A DNA stretch of 38,104 nt from NCBI GenBank assembly GCA_964455325.1, contig CAYVVV010000002.1, positions 1 through 38,104 on the forward strand, written 5' to 3'. The notes below the pieces were generated by a model. That model worked only from the letters and a program-made list of their open reading frames with translations, had not been told where the DNA came from and searched no databases. Within the stretch, counting starts at the first letter, position 1; every line of letters starts with the position of its first letter. The position numbers were made by a program, and so were the translations under genes. Source of the DNA: an uncultured Sphingosinicella sp. (lineage in GTDB: Bacteria; Pseudomonadota; Alphaproteobacteria; Sphingomonadales; Sphingomonadaceae). This document shows, one piece after another, positions 1 to 8,870 of the stretch.

Positions 1-1
1 G

Positions 2-301
2 TCGATCGCCGATCCGCGCATCGAGGTCGAGGAAGGGCATGAACTGATCGCCTTCGACCTTGTCCGCAGCGGCGATCGCTCCACGTTCGGCGAGGTGCGC
101 GTGCTGAAGCCGGGCGTCGCCGAGCCGATCGTCCAGGCGAAGGGTCTGGCCGTCTACATGGAAGTGCCGCGCCGCAAGGTGCTGCTGCCCGTCAATCCGT
201 CGTATCGCAGCGCGCTGAGGGGCCCGACGACGATCCAGTATTTCGAGATCGAGGGCGACACGAGCCGCCTCGTCGACGAAGTCCAGACCGAGCTTCGCTA
301 G
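2..301 (+). CDS. 3' end of a putative periplasmic fimbrial chaperone-like protein (truncated by window start)
   Basis: Frame is open from base 2 (SIADPRIEVEEGHELIAFDLVRSGDRSTFGEVRV...GLAVY) to TAG at 299-301. The beta-rich 'R-G--S-FG-V...G-AVY' pattern resembles a chaperone C-terminal domain. It lies 22 nt upstream of the usher-like gene. Confidence 0.55.
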   Translation, partial: SIADPRIEVEEGHELIAFDLVRSGDRSTFGEVRVLKPGVAEPIVQAKGLAVYMEVPRRKVLLPVNPSYRSALRGPTTIQYFEIEGDTSRLVDEVQTELR

Positions 302-323
302 CGCCGATCCGCAGGGGGCCACC

Positions 324-3032
324 GTGCACTGGGCAAGGCGCAGCGGCATCGCAGCAGCGGCGGTGGCGGTGGTGTTTGCCACCGGGCCGCCGCTGGTGGC
401 GACCGGCAGCGCAGACGACGCGGTCGTCGACGAGGACGGCTACCGGCTGCTCAGCCTGCGCCTCGGCCGGCTGACGCTCGCCGAATCGCTTGAAGCCTAC
501 GAGCTGCCTGCGGGTGGCGTCTGCGTCGATCTGCGCCAGCTTGTCGACGCGCTCGACTTCCCGATTGCCGTCGACGCGCGCGCCGGCACCGCCGAAGGCT
601 GGTTCCGCAGTGAGGATCGACGCTTCTCGCTGGCGGCGGCCGACGCCCCGCCGGGATCGGTGCTGCGCGCGCCCGACGGCCTGTGCGTCGACACCGCCGT
701 GGCGGGCAGATGGTTCGGCATCGACTTCACGCCCGATCTGCCCAACGCCGTACTCGTCGCAAGCAGCGCAGAGAAGCTTCCGGTCGAACTCTCGATGGCG
801 CGCAGGCAGCGGCGCAGCGCCTTCCGGCCGGTCGAGGAGCGGGACCTGTCGCGCTTCCCGCGCGCGGAGACACCCTATGCTTGGTGGCGAACGCCGGCGA
901 TCGATGTCGTCGCGAGCGCCGGCTATATCGATGATGCGGCGCTTGACGACCAGCGGGCGACGGGCCGCTACGAACTCTATGCGTCGGGCGAGGCGGCGCG
1001 CCTGTCGTTCGACGCGCGCTTCGCCTCGAACGAGGACGCCGAGCCCGAATCGCTGCGCCTGCGTGCCTATCGCAAGGACCCCGATGGTGCGCTGCTCGGT
1101 CCGCTCAAGGCAACCGAAGTCGCGCTCGGCGACGTCGCCAGCTATGGCTCGGTGCTGACCAGCGAGAACAGTTACGGCCGCGGCGCCTTCGTCACCAACC
1201 AGCCGCTCGACCGGCCACAGACGTTCGATCGCACCGATTTCCGCGGCGAGCTTCCTGCCGGCTGGGACGCCGAACTCTACCGCAACGGCCAACTGATCGC
1301 CTTTGCCGACAGCCGTACCGACGGTCGCTACGAGTTCCTGGGCGTGCCACTGCTGTTCGGGATCAACCGCTTCGAGGTCGTGCTGTACGGCCAGCAAGGC
1401 CAGATCCGCCGCGAGAAGCGCACGATCAACGTCGGCGGCGACAGCATCCCCGCCGGCAAGACGCACTATTGGGTCGGCGCGCTGCAGAACCAGAAGGATC
1501 TGCTGACGCTGAAGAACGTGCCGCGCGCCAGCGAGCGCCGCGAGCTGCGCGCCAGCGCCGTCATCGAGCACGGCATCGACCGCAAGACGTCGGTATCGCT
1601 GCAGGCACACACGCTGGTCCCCGAGCTCGACGATGATGCGCGCGTGACCTATGTCGAGGGCGCCGTCCGTCGCGTATTTGGTCCGGCGATCATCGAGCTC
1701 AACCTTGCCGCCGATTTCGACGGCGGCGTTGCCTATGGCGGCCAGTTCATCGCCGAGTTCGGCAGCACCACCGTCACTGGCCAGACGCTGTGGGCGCGCG
1801 ACTTCGTCTCCGATCGGATCGAACCGGGGCTGCATGGTCAGCACACACTGGCGATCGACCATTTCTTCGACCTGGGCGCGTCGACGCTGCCGGTCGGCGC
1901 GCGCGTCACCTACAGGGACTGGCAGCACCCGCGCGCCGACACGCTTGAGGTGGCGACGCGCATATCGGCGCGGCTTGCCGGCCTGTCGCTCACCCACGAG
2001 GTGGCATGGCAGCATGCCTCGGGCGTGCGCGGCGCTGGCGGCGACGACCAGTTGACGACGAGCCTGCTTGCTGGCGGACGCATCGGCGACACGCGGCTGC
2101 GCGGCGAGGCGCGCTATCGTCTGCGTCCCGATTCGATGCTGGAAAGCGTCACGCTGGTCGCCGAACGACCGATCGGCGAGCGCAGCGAATTGCGCGGCGA
2201 AGTCGCGTGGGACGGGCCGCTCGACCGCGCCCGATTCGGTGCCGGTTATTCGCGCCAGTTCGATCGCCTCGCGCTCGGTGCGCGCGCCGAGGCGGCGACC
2301 GACGGGTCGTTCGCCGCCGGCATCAACCTTGCGCTGAGCTTCGGCCCCGATGCGCGCGGCCGCTACGCACGCGTCACCTCGCACAAGCTGGCCAGCGCCG
2401 GCCAGGCTGCCGCGCGCGTGTTCACCGACAGCAACCGCAACGGCGTCTGGGATGGCGACGAACCAGTGCATGAGGGCGTCACCATCGCTGCGGGCACAGC
2501 ACGGGCGGACGCACCGACCGATACGCACGGCACGACGATGGTCGACGGCCTGCGCAGCTTCCAGCCCCAACTGCTGTCGGTCGACACCTCGACCCTCGCC
2601 GATCCGCTGCTGAGGCCGGCGGTACGCGGCATTGTCGTGACGCCGCGTCCCGGCATTGCCCAATCGGTTGACTTTGCGCTGCTGCCGACCGGCGAGGTGG
2701 AAGGAATGTTGTATGTCGCCACGAGCGGCGAGCCGCAGCCGCGACCGGGCGCCGACCTAGAACTGGTGAACGCCGCCGGCGACATTATCGCCGAGGCGCG
2801 CAGCGATTTCGATGGTTTCTTCCTGTTCCAGGACGTCGTCTACGGCCAGTATCGGCTGCAACTGAGTGCAGCGACCGCACGTGCGCTCGATGCAGGCAGC
2901 GAGCCGCTGGCGACGGTCAGCGTCGGCGACCCCGATCCCGTCGTCCGCACCGGCGCGCTGACCATCCGCCGAACGCCGCAGCTGACGCTCGACCTCAGCG
3001 TGCTCGCCAGCGACGGCAGCGTCAGCTTCTGA
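324..3032 (+). CDS. Large exported usher-like outer-membrane protein with C-terminal SdrD-B/carboxypeptidase-regulatory-like beta-sandwich domains
   Basis: 902 aa with an N-terminal signal-peptide-like segment. It has a plug-like 'GELPAGWDAELYRNGQLI...GRYEF..VPL.FGINRFEVVLYG', amphipathic beta strands, and C-terminal 'RVFTDSNRNGVWDGDEP' and 'SDFDGFFLFQDVVYGQYRL'. Confidence 0.65.
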   Translation: MHWARRSGIAAAAVAVVFATGPPLVATGSADDAVVDEDGYRLLSLRLGRLTLAESLEAYELPAGGVCVDLRQLVDALDFPIAVDARAGTAEGWFRSEDRRFSLAAADAPPGSVLRAPDGLCVDTAVAGRWFGIDFTPDLPNAVLVASSAEKLPVELSMARRQRRSAFRPVEERDLSRFPRAETPYAWWRTPAIDVVASAGYIDDAALDDQRATGRYELYASGEAARLSFDARFASNEDAEPESLRLRAYRKDPDGALLGPLKATEVALGDVASYGSVLTSENSYGRGAFVTNQPLDRPQTFDRTDFRGELPAGWDAELYRNGQLIAFADSRTDGRYEFLGVPLLFGINRFEVVLYGQQGQIRREKRTINVGGDSIPAGKTHYWVGALQNQKDLLTLKNVPRASERRELRASAVIEHGIDRKTSVSLQAHTLVPELDDDARVTYVEGAVRRVFGPAIIELNLAADFDGGVAYGGQFIAEFGSTTVTGQTLWARDFVSDRIEPGLHGQHTLAIDHFFDLGASTLPVGARVTYRDWQHPRADTLEVATRISARLAGLSLTHEVAWQHASGVRGAGGDDQLTTSLLAGGRIGDTRLRGEARYRLRPDSMLESVTLVAERPIGERSELRGEVAWDGPLDRARFGAGYSRQFDRLALGARAEAATDGSFAAGINLALSFGPDARGRYARVTSHKLASAGQAAARVFTDSNRNGVWDGDEPVHEGVTIAAGTARADAPTDTHGTTMVDGLRSFQPQLLSVDTSTLADPLLRPAVRGIVVTPRPGIAQSVDFALLPTGEVEGMLYVATSGEPQPRPGADLELVNAAGDIIAEARSDFDGFFLFQDVVYGQYRLQLSAATARALDAGSEPLATVSVGDPDPVVRTGALTIRRTPQLTLDLSVLASDGSVSF

Positions 3033-3065
3033 ACCCGGTCATAGTCGTCCAAGACGACTTCGCGG

Positions 3066-3590
3066 CTATTGCCCGGCAGTGGCGGCGGCGAGTTGCCGAC
3101 GCAAAGCGTCGAACGTGGCGACGTGAAGCGCCTGCGCCACGCGCGCGGCGTCAGCGACTGCGCGCGCTTGTTGCGATGACGTCACGACAGCAACCGCATC
3201 GGCGATGTCGCCGAACTCGGCGCCGTGCAGCTCGAGCCGGCTCAGCTCAAGTTCCGCCGTCGTCGGCGCGGTATCGCCCTGCGATGCCGCCGACGCGGCG
3301 CGGACCGCTGCCTCGGCACGCACCCGCTGTGCCTGCCAAGCCGTACGCACGCGGTCGAGCCGCGCCGCCGCCGCATCGATGTCGACGGCAGGTGCATCGC
3401 CAGCCGGCTGCGCGGGTGTCGGCACCGGTTTCGGCGCCGGCGCGGTCGCACCGGGCGACAGCGCCGGCGCAGATTCGCCACAGGGCAGCGGCGCCGCGCC
3501 GGGACGGCGGGCAAGGCTCGGCCAGCTGCCGCCCGCCGATGCGCAGGCGGCAAGCGCACAAAGGGCGGCGATGGCGGTGGCACGAAACAC
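3066..3590 (-). CDS. Putative lipoprotein of unknown function
   Basis: GTG start at 3590 gives MFRATAIAALCALAAC (lipobox LAAC), then WPSLARRP, a Pro/Ala linker and a helical C-terminus. TATCGT lies 6 nt upstream of the GTG. Confidence 0.7.
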   Translation of the reverse strand: MFRATAIAALCALAACASAGGSWPSLARRPGAAPLPCGESAPALSPGATAPAPKPVPTPAQPAGDAPAVDIDAAAARLDRVRTAWQAQRVRAEAAVRAASAASQGDTAPTTAELELSRLELHGAEFGDIADAVAVVTSSQQARAVADAARVAQALHVATFDALRRQLAAATAGQ

Positions 3591-3685
3591 GCCGGGACGA
3601 TAGTGTCCGACCGGGCGGCGGGCAAGGCGGCCGAAAGGCCTCTTGAACGCAGCGCCGCAGCCGACTATGAAGCGCGCTCTTTCGC

Positions 3686-3762
3686 GCGCCCGTAGCTCAG
3701 CTGGATAGAGCACCAGACTACGAATCTGGGGGTCAGAGGTTCGAATCCTTTCGGGCGCGCCA
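3686..3762 (+). tRNA. tRNA-Arg(ACG)
   Basis: Acceptor stem GCGCCCG/CGGGCGC, D-arm GCTCAGCTGGATAGAGC, anticodon arm CCAGA-CTACGAA-TCTGG, T-loop TTCGAAT, encoded CCA end. Confidence 0.97.
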
Positions 3763-3785
3763 TTGCCACCGCGGCTGTGCGGCGC

Positions 3786-3983
3786 TCAACTGGCGAGCGC
3801 GTAGTCGCCTTGCCCTTGCCGGTCGCTGAGCGGCAGCACCGTCGCACAGAACGCGCATTCGGCGGTCCAGCGGCCGACGTACCAGTTGGTGTGCCCGCAG
3901 CCAGGGCAATAGTTGGTGGCGCCGGTGTGGTAGAGGATGCGGTAGCCGCGCGCGGCGGTGTTGCTGTGCGGATATGCTGCCAT
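3786..3983 (-). CDS. 65-aa small protein with a CPGC...CAFC zinc-ribbon-like motif
   Basis: ATG at 3983 with GAGGAG just upstream. Two CxxC pairs sit in NYCPGCGHTNWYVGRWTAECAFC. Confidence 0.75.
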   Translation of the reverse strand: MAAYPHSNTAARGYRILYHTGATNYCPGCGHTNWYVGRWTAECAFCATVLPLSDRQGQGDYALAS

Positions 3984-4054
3984 GGCCTCATCTCCTCGCC
4001 GGCCGCGACGGCCAGCCGGCGTAAGGACTTGCGACAAGGCGTTTGGTTGCATCG

Positions 4055-4070
4055 TTAACCAACATTTAAC
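4055..4070. promoter_or_regulatory. Perfect CtrA-type box TTAA-N7-TTAAC
   Basis: TTAA CCAACAT TTAAC in the divergent intergenic region between the zinc-ribbon gene and the UPF0262 gene. Confidence 0.8.
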
Positions 4071-4171
4071 GCTTGCCGCCCCTCTTGCCGCTGCCGTCGT
4101 GGCTTTTCCGCATCACCGGCCGACAACGGGGGTACCGCACCGCGCGGGCGGGCGATAAAGCGATGGCGGTC

Positions 4172-4654
4172 ATGGCCGATTACCGCATCATCTCCGTCGA
4201 ACTCGACGAGCGCACGATCCTGTGGCGCAGCGCCGACATCGAGCAGGAGCGGCGCGTCGCGATCTTCGACCTTTTGGAAGGCAACAGCTTCCGGCTGGCG
4301 ACGCCGCGCGGCAGGCAGCATCCGGGGCCCTACCGGATTGTGCTCGGTGTGCGGGACGGCCGGCTCGCCATCGATGTGCGCGACAGCGACGGCCGGCCGA
4401 TCGAGACGATCGTGCTCGCCTTGTCGCCGTTCCGCCGCGTGATTCGCGAGTATTTCGCCATCTGCGACAGCTATTACCAAGCAATCCGGCAGGCGACTGC
4501 AGCGCAGATCGAAACCATCGACATGGCGCGGCGCGGCATCCATAACGACGCCGCCAACACACTGATCGAGCGTCTCGATGGCAAGATCGCGGTCGATTTC
4601 GACACCGCGCGGCGGCTGTTCACGCTGATCTGCGTGCTGCACATCAGGGGGTAG
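4172..4654 (+). CDS. UPF0262 family protein
   Basis: Motifs '[17 protein letters not shown]', '[12 protein letters not shown]', '[13 protein letters not shown]', '[13 protein letters not shown]'. Alternative start at 4163. Confidence 0.9.
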   Translation: MADYRIISVELDERTILWRSADIEQERRVAIFDLLEGNSFRLATPRGRQHPGPYRIVLGVRDGRLAIDVRDSDGRPIETIVLALSPFRRVIREYFAICDSYYQAIRQATAAQIETIDMARRGIHNDAANTLIERLDGKIAVDFDTARRLFTLICVLHIRG

Positions 4655-4659
4655 GTTTC

Positions 4660-5214
4660 ATGGCGGTGATGTCCGACACGTGGATTCGCCAGCAGGCGCT
4701 GCAAAAGGGCATGATCGAACCGTTCGTCGATGGCCAGCGCCGCGACGGCACGATCAGCTACGGCCTTTCCTCTTATGGCTATGACGCGCGTGTCGCCGAC
4801 GAGTTCAAAATCTTCACCAACGTCGATTCGGCGATCGTCGATCCCAAGCATTTCAGCGCGAACAGTTTCGTCGACCGCAAGACCGACGTCTGCGTCATCC
4901 CGCCGAACAGCTTCGCGCTGGCGCGCACGATCGAATATTTCCGCGTGCCGCGCGACGTCCTCGTCATCTGCCTGGGCAAGTCGACCTATGCGCGCTGCGG
5001 CATCATCGTCAACGTCACCCCGCTGGAGCCGGGCTGGGAAGGGCACGTGACGCTCGAATTCTCCAACACGTCGCCGTTGCCGGCGCGCATCTACGCCAAC
5101 GAGGGCGCCTGTCAGTTCCTTTTCCTGCAGGGTAACGAACCCTGCGAGACGAGCTATGCCGACCGCGCCGGCAAGTACATGCACCAGCGCGGCGTCACCC
5201 TGCCGAAGCTGTAG
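4660..5214 (+). CDS. dcd: dCTP deaminase
   Basis: [29 protein letters not shown] motifs. Confidence 0.96.
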   Translation: MAVMSDTWIRQQALQKGMIEPFVDGQRRDGTISYGLSSYGYDARVADEFKIFTNVDSAIVDPKHFSANSFVDRKTDVCVIPPNSFALARTIEYFRVPRDVLVICLGKSTYARCGIIVNVTPLEPGWEGHVTLEFSNTSPLPARIYANEGACQFLFLQGNEPCETSYADRAGKYMHQRGVTLPKL

Positions 5215-5218
5215 TCCA

Positions 5219-6094
5219 ATGGCCGCTGATGACCGTCTTGGCGTTGCCGCCGGCATCGGCGCCTATTTTCTCTGGGGGCTGATGCCGCTCTACCTGAAGC
5301 TGCTCGGCACGCTGCCGGCGGTCGACGTGCTGGCGCACCGGGTGATCTGGTCGGCGGCGGTGCTGGCCGTCGTCACCGCCTTCGCGGGCAGAGGGCGCGT
5401 GCGCGCAGCGCTCGGGCAACCGCGGTTGCTGCTCCTGCTCAGCGCCAGCACGATGATGATCGCGGTCAACTGGCTCGTCTACACCTCGGCGGTGCTGAAC
5501 GGCCGCGCGCTGGACACCAGTCTCGGCTACTTCATGTTGCCGCTGCTCAACGTTGCGCTCGGCGTTCTGCTTCTGAACGAGCCGTTCCCGCGCGCGAAGC
5601 GTGTGGCGGTGGGGCTCGCCGTCGCCGGAGTCGCCGTGCTGACCACTGCGCATGGGGCGCTGCCGTGGGTTTCGGTGGTGCTGGCGCTGAGCTTCGGGCT
5701 CTACGGCTTGATCCGCAAGTTTACCGCAATCGACGCAGTCAGCGGCCTTCTCGTCGAGACGATGCTGCTGGCGCCGCTCGGCGTCGTCTGGCTTGCGTCG
5801 ACACCCGCGGGCGTCTTCGGCAACGACTTTGAGTTGCTGCTGCTGCTCGCCGGGTCGGGGATCATAACCGCGCTGCCGCTTGCGCTGTTCGGCTATGCGG
5901 CGCGGCGGCTGTCGCTGTCGGCGATCGGTTTCCTGCAGTACCTGGCGCCATCGATGGTGTTCCTGATCGCCTGGCTGGGCTTCGACGAGCCGCTCGACCC
6001 ATGGAAAATGGCGGCGTTCGGGCTGACCTGGGCGGGGATCGCCGTTTACCTGATCGACGGCTTACACCGCCGGTCAATTCCCGCTAAAGCCTGA
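5219..6094 (+). CDS. rarD: EamA/DMT family transporter RarD
   Basis: About 10 TM segments, with '[11 protein letters not shown]', 'AHRVIWS', 'SLGYFMLPL' and 'GFLQYLAPS'. ATG at 5219. Confidence 0.9.
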   Translation: MAADDRLGVAAGIGAYFLWGLMPLYLKLLGTLPAVDVLAHRVIWSAAVLAVVTAFAGRGRVRAALGQPRLLLLLSASTMMIAVNWLVYTSAVLNGRALDTSLGYFMLPLLNVALGVLLLNEPFPRAKRVAVGLAVAGVAVLTTAHGALPWVSVVLALSFGLYGLIRKFTAIDAVSGLLVETMLLAPLGVVWLASTPAGVFGNDFELLLLLAGSGIITALPLALFGYAARRLSLSAIGFLQYLAPSMVFLIAWLGFDEPLDPWKMAAFGLTWAGIAVYLIDGLHRRSIPAKA

Positions 6095-6099
6095 GCCCC

Positions 6100-7380
6100 A
6101 TGGACAAGATCATCATCAGGGGCGGCCGGCCGCTGTCCGGCCGCATCAAGATTTCGGGCGCGAAGAACGCGGCACTGACCTTGATGCCGGCGGCGATCCT
6201 GACCGAGGAACCGCTGACCTTGCGGAACCTGCCGCGCCTTGCGGACGTCGACACCTTCGGCCACCTCCTGAACCAGCACGGCGTCTCGACGCTGATCGAA
6301 GGTCACCGGCGCGGCGAGTACGGGCGGGTGATGACGATCAAGGCGGCACGGCTGACGTCGACGCTCGCGCCCTATGACATCGTCAGGAAGATGCGCGCCT
6401 CGATTCTGGTGCTGGGGCCGCTGCTCGCGCGCGCCGGGGAAGCGACGGTCAGCCTGCCCGGCGGCTGCGCGATCGGCAACCGGCCGGTCGACCTGCACCT
6501 CAAAGCCATGGAGGCGCTTGGCGCCGAGATCGAGGTGACCGCTGGCTACGTCCGGGCGACGACCAGGGCCGGGCTGAAGGGCGGCCACATCGCCTTCCCG
6601 ATGGTATCGGTCGGGGCCACCGAGAACGCGCTGATGGCCGCCGTGCTGGCGCAGGGCGAGACGCTGATCGAAAACGCCGCGCGCGAGCCGGAGATCGTCG
6701 ACCTCGCCAACTGCCTGAACGCCATGGGGGCGAAGATCGAGGGGCAGGGCACACCGGCGATCCGGGTGCAGGGGCGCACGAGCCTGCACGGCGCCACCTA
6801 CGCCGTCATGCCCGACCGTATCGAGGCGGGAAGCTATGCCTGCGCGGTCGGCACTGCCGGCGGCGAGGTCGAACTCGTCGGCGCCGACCTCGCCACGCTC
6901 GGTGTCGTTGCCGACCGGCTGCGTGACGCCGGCCTCGAGATCGAGGCGAGCGAGACCGGTGTGCATGTCCGCCGCAACGGCCAGATCCGCGCCATCGACA
7001 TCGAAACGCAGCCCTTCCCAGGCTTCCCGACCGACATGCAGGCGCAGTTCATGGCGATGCTGGCGCTCGCCGAGGGCACCAGCCACCTCACCGAGACGAT
7101 CTTCGAGAACCGCTACATGCACGTGCCCGAGCTTGCCCGCATGGGCGCCAACATCCGCACCCACGGCAATGTCGCTGAGGTGCGCGGCGTCGAGAGGCTG
7201 ACCGGCGCGCAGGTGATGGCCACCGATCTTCGCGCGTCGATGAGTCTCGTTCTCGCCGGCCTTGCCGCCGAGGGCGAGACGGTGGTCAACCGCGTCTACC
7301 ACCTCGACCGCGGCTACGAGCATCTCGAGGAGAAGCTGTCGGGCGCCGGAGCCGACATCGAGCGGGTGTCGGATGGCTGA
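6100..7380 (+). CDS. murA: UDP-N-acetylglucosamine 1-carboxyvinyltransferase
   Basis: [29 protein letters not shown] (active-site Cys), [15 protein letters not shown]. Confidence 0.98.
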   Translation: MDKIIIRGGRPLSGRIKISGAKNAALTLMPAAILTEEPLTLRNLPRLADVDTFGHLLNQHGVSTLIEGHRRGEYGRVMTIKAARLTSTLAPYDIVRKMRASILVLGPLLARAGEATVSLPGGCAIGNRPVDLHLKAMEALGAEIEVTAGYVRATTRAGLKGGHIAFPMVSVGATENALMAAVLAQGETLIENAAREPEIVDLANCLNAMGAKIEGQGTPAIRVQGRTSLHGATYAVMPDRIEAGSYACAVGTAGGEVELVGADLATLGVVADRLRDAGLEIEASETGVHVRRNGQIRAIDIETQPFPGFPTDMQAQFMAMLALAEGTSHLTETIFENRYMHVPELARMGANIRTHGNVAEVRGVERLTGAQVMATDLRASMSLVLAGLAAEGETVVNRVYHLDRGYEHLEEKLSGAGADIERVSDG

Positions 7381-7768
7381 GCGGCTGCGGCTGCTCGCCG
7401 CCGACGAGCAGGATCTCGAAACTGTTTCGGCGCTGATGCAGGATGCCGCAGTGCCGATCGCCGACATTGCGTACGACCGGCGGGCACGCCGGCTGGTCAT
7501 CGTCGCCAACCGCTTTCGCTGGGAGACCCGCACGCCGGCCCGTGTCCGCAGCGCGCTGCGTATCGAAGGGCTGACCGGACTCAAGCGGCGTGACTGGCCG
7601 GACGGTGATACGGTGCTCGACCTGCTCGCGCTGCGCTGGATCAACGGCGCGATCGAAGTTGACTTTGCCGGCGGCGCCGCGCTGCGCGCCGAGGTCGAGG
7701 CGGTCGACGTCGAGCTGCACGACCTCAGCCCCGCCTGGCCGGCGAAGCGGACACCACGGCACGAGTGA
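7373..7768 (+). CDS. DUF2948 family protein
   Basis: '[21 protein letters not shown]' and 'NRFRWE'. It overlaps the murA stop, its usual alphaproteobacterial position. Confidence 0.88.
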   Translation: MAERLRLLAADEQDLETVSALMQDAAVPIADIAYDRRARRLVIVANRFRWETRTPARVRSALRIEGLTGLKRRDWPDGDTVLDLLALRWINGAIEVDFAGGAALRAEVEAVDVELHDLSPAWPAKRTPRHE

Positions 7769-7862
7769 GTGCGTCCCTCGACTTCGCTCGGGATGAGCGA
7801 GTTGGATGGGACATCGTCACCGCGAAAACCCCGCTCATCCCGAACGAAGTCGAGGGACGCAC
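7769..7862. repeat. REP-like inverted repeat (31-nt arms, 1 mismatch, 32-nt spacer)
   Basis: 7769-7799 GTGCGTCCCTCGACTTCGCTCGGGATGAGCG against 7832-7862 CGCTCATCCCGAACGAAGTCGAGGGACGCAC, between convergent genes. Confidence 0.85.
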
Positions 7863-7871
7863 GGTGACCCG

Positions 7872-8870
7872 CTACGGCTTCAGCACCAGCTTGCCGAAAT
7901 TCTCGCCCCTAAACAGCATCTGCAGCACGTGCGGGAAGCGTTCGAGGCCCTCCTGCACGTCTTCCTTCGCCTTCACCCTGCCCGACGCCAGCCAGCCAGC
8001 GATGTCGCGCACTGCCTCGCCGTAGCGGTCCTGGTAATCGAAGACGACGAAACCCTCCATCCGCGCGCGCTGGACGAGAAGGCTCAGATAGTTGCGCGGT
8101 CCCTGGATCTTCGAAAAGTCGTTGTAGCCCGAGATGGCACCGCAGATGACAATGCGCGCGCCGCGGCGGAGCAAGGTCATCGCCGCCTCGAGAATGGGGC
8201 CGCCGACGTTGTCGAAATAGATGTCGATGCCCTTGGGACAGGTGGCTGCGAGATCCTTCAGCACGCTGCCCGCCTTGTAGTCGACGCAGGCGTCGAAGCC
8301 GAGCTCGCGCACCACGTAATCGCACTTGTCCGGTCCGCCGGCGATGCCGACGACCCGGCAGTCCCTCGTCTTGGCGATCTGGCCGACGAGGCCGCCGACG
8401 GCGCCTGCTGCCGCCGAGACGACCACGGTCTCGCCGTCCTTGAGCGCGCCGACGTCGAGCAGGCCGAAATAAGCGGTCATGCCGGGCATGCCGAGCACGC
8501 CGAGCCAGCGTTCCGGCGGGGCGACGCCGATATCGATGCGGGTCGCGTCCTTCGCCGGCACGACGCCATAGTCCTGCACGCCCCAGTTACCGACCACCCA
8601 GTCGCCAATGTTGAAGCCATCCGCGCGTGATTCGACGACCTCGCCGACCGTGCCGGCGCGCATGACGGCGCCGATCTCGACCGGTGGAATGTAGCTCCTG
8701 CCTTCGTTCAGCCAGCCGCGCATCGCCGGGTCGAGCGAGATATATGCCGTCTTCACCAAAAGCTCGCCGTCGCCTGCCACCGGCAGGGGCTCGTACGCGA
8801 AGGCGAAATGTTCGGGGCCGACCATGCCGGCGGGGCGCGCCTGCAGACGGATGGTGCGATTCTCGGTCAT
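7872..8870 (-). CDS. NADP-dependent oxidoreductase (MDR superfamily, CurA/PTGR1-like)
   Basis: Likely start MTENRTIRL at 8870, overlapping the upstream stop (ATGA). Motifs SLDPAMRGW, GMPGMTAYFG, SAAAGAVG, YFDNVGG. Confidence 0.93.
   Translation of the reverse strand: MTENRTIRLQARPAGMVGPEHFAFAYEPLPVAGDGELLVKTAYISLDPAMRGWLNEGRSYIPPVEIGAVMRAGTVGEVVESRADGFNIGDWVVGNWGVQDYGVVPAKDATRIDIGVAPPERWLGVLGMPGMTAYFGLLDVGALKDGETVVVSAAAGAVGGLVGQIAKTRDCRVVGIAGGPDKCDYVVRELGFDACVDYKAGSVLKDLAATCPKGIDIYFDNVGGPILEAAMTLLRRGARIVICGAISGYNDFSKIQGPRNYLSLLVQRARMEGFVVFDYQDRYGEAVRDIAGWLASGRVKAKEDVQEGLERFPHVLQMLFRGENFGKLVLKP

Noticed and set aside
192-2663. 823-aa antisense ORF opposite the usher-like gene
   Set aside because: Shadow ORF expected from high GC3 codon usage, with no recognisable motifs.
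3686-3790. tRNA-Arg as an integration site for an island
   Set aside because: No integrase, no duplicated tRNA 3' end noticed, and the downstream genes are housekeeping.
6046-7644. 532-aa ORF antisense to murA
   Set aside because: Shadow of a well-supported core gene.
7765-8025. 86-aa ORF spanning the inverted repeat
   Set aside because: It is a translation of the repeat plus the antisense strand of the reductase, with no support as a gene.
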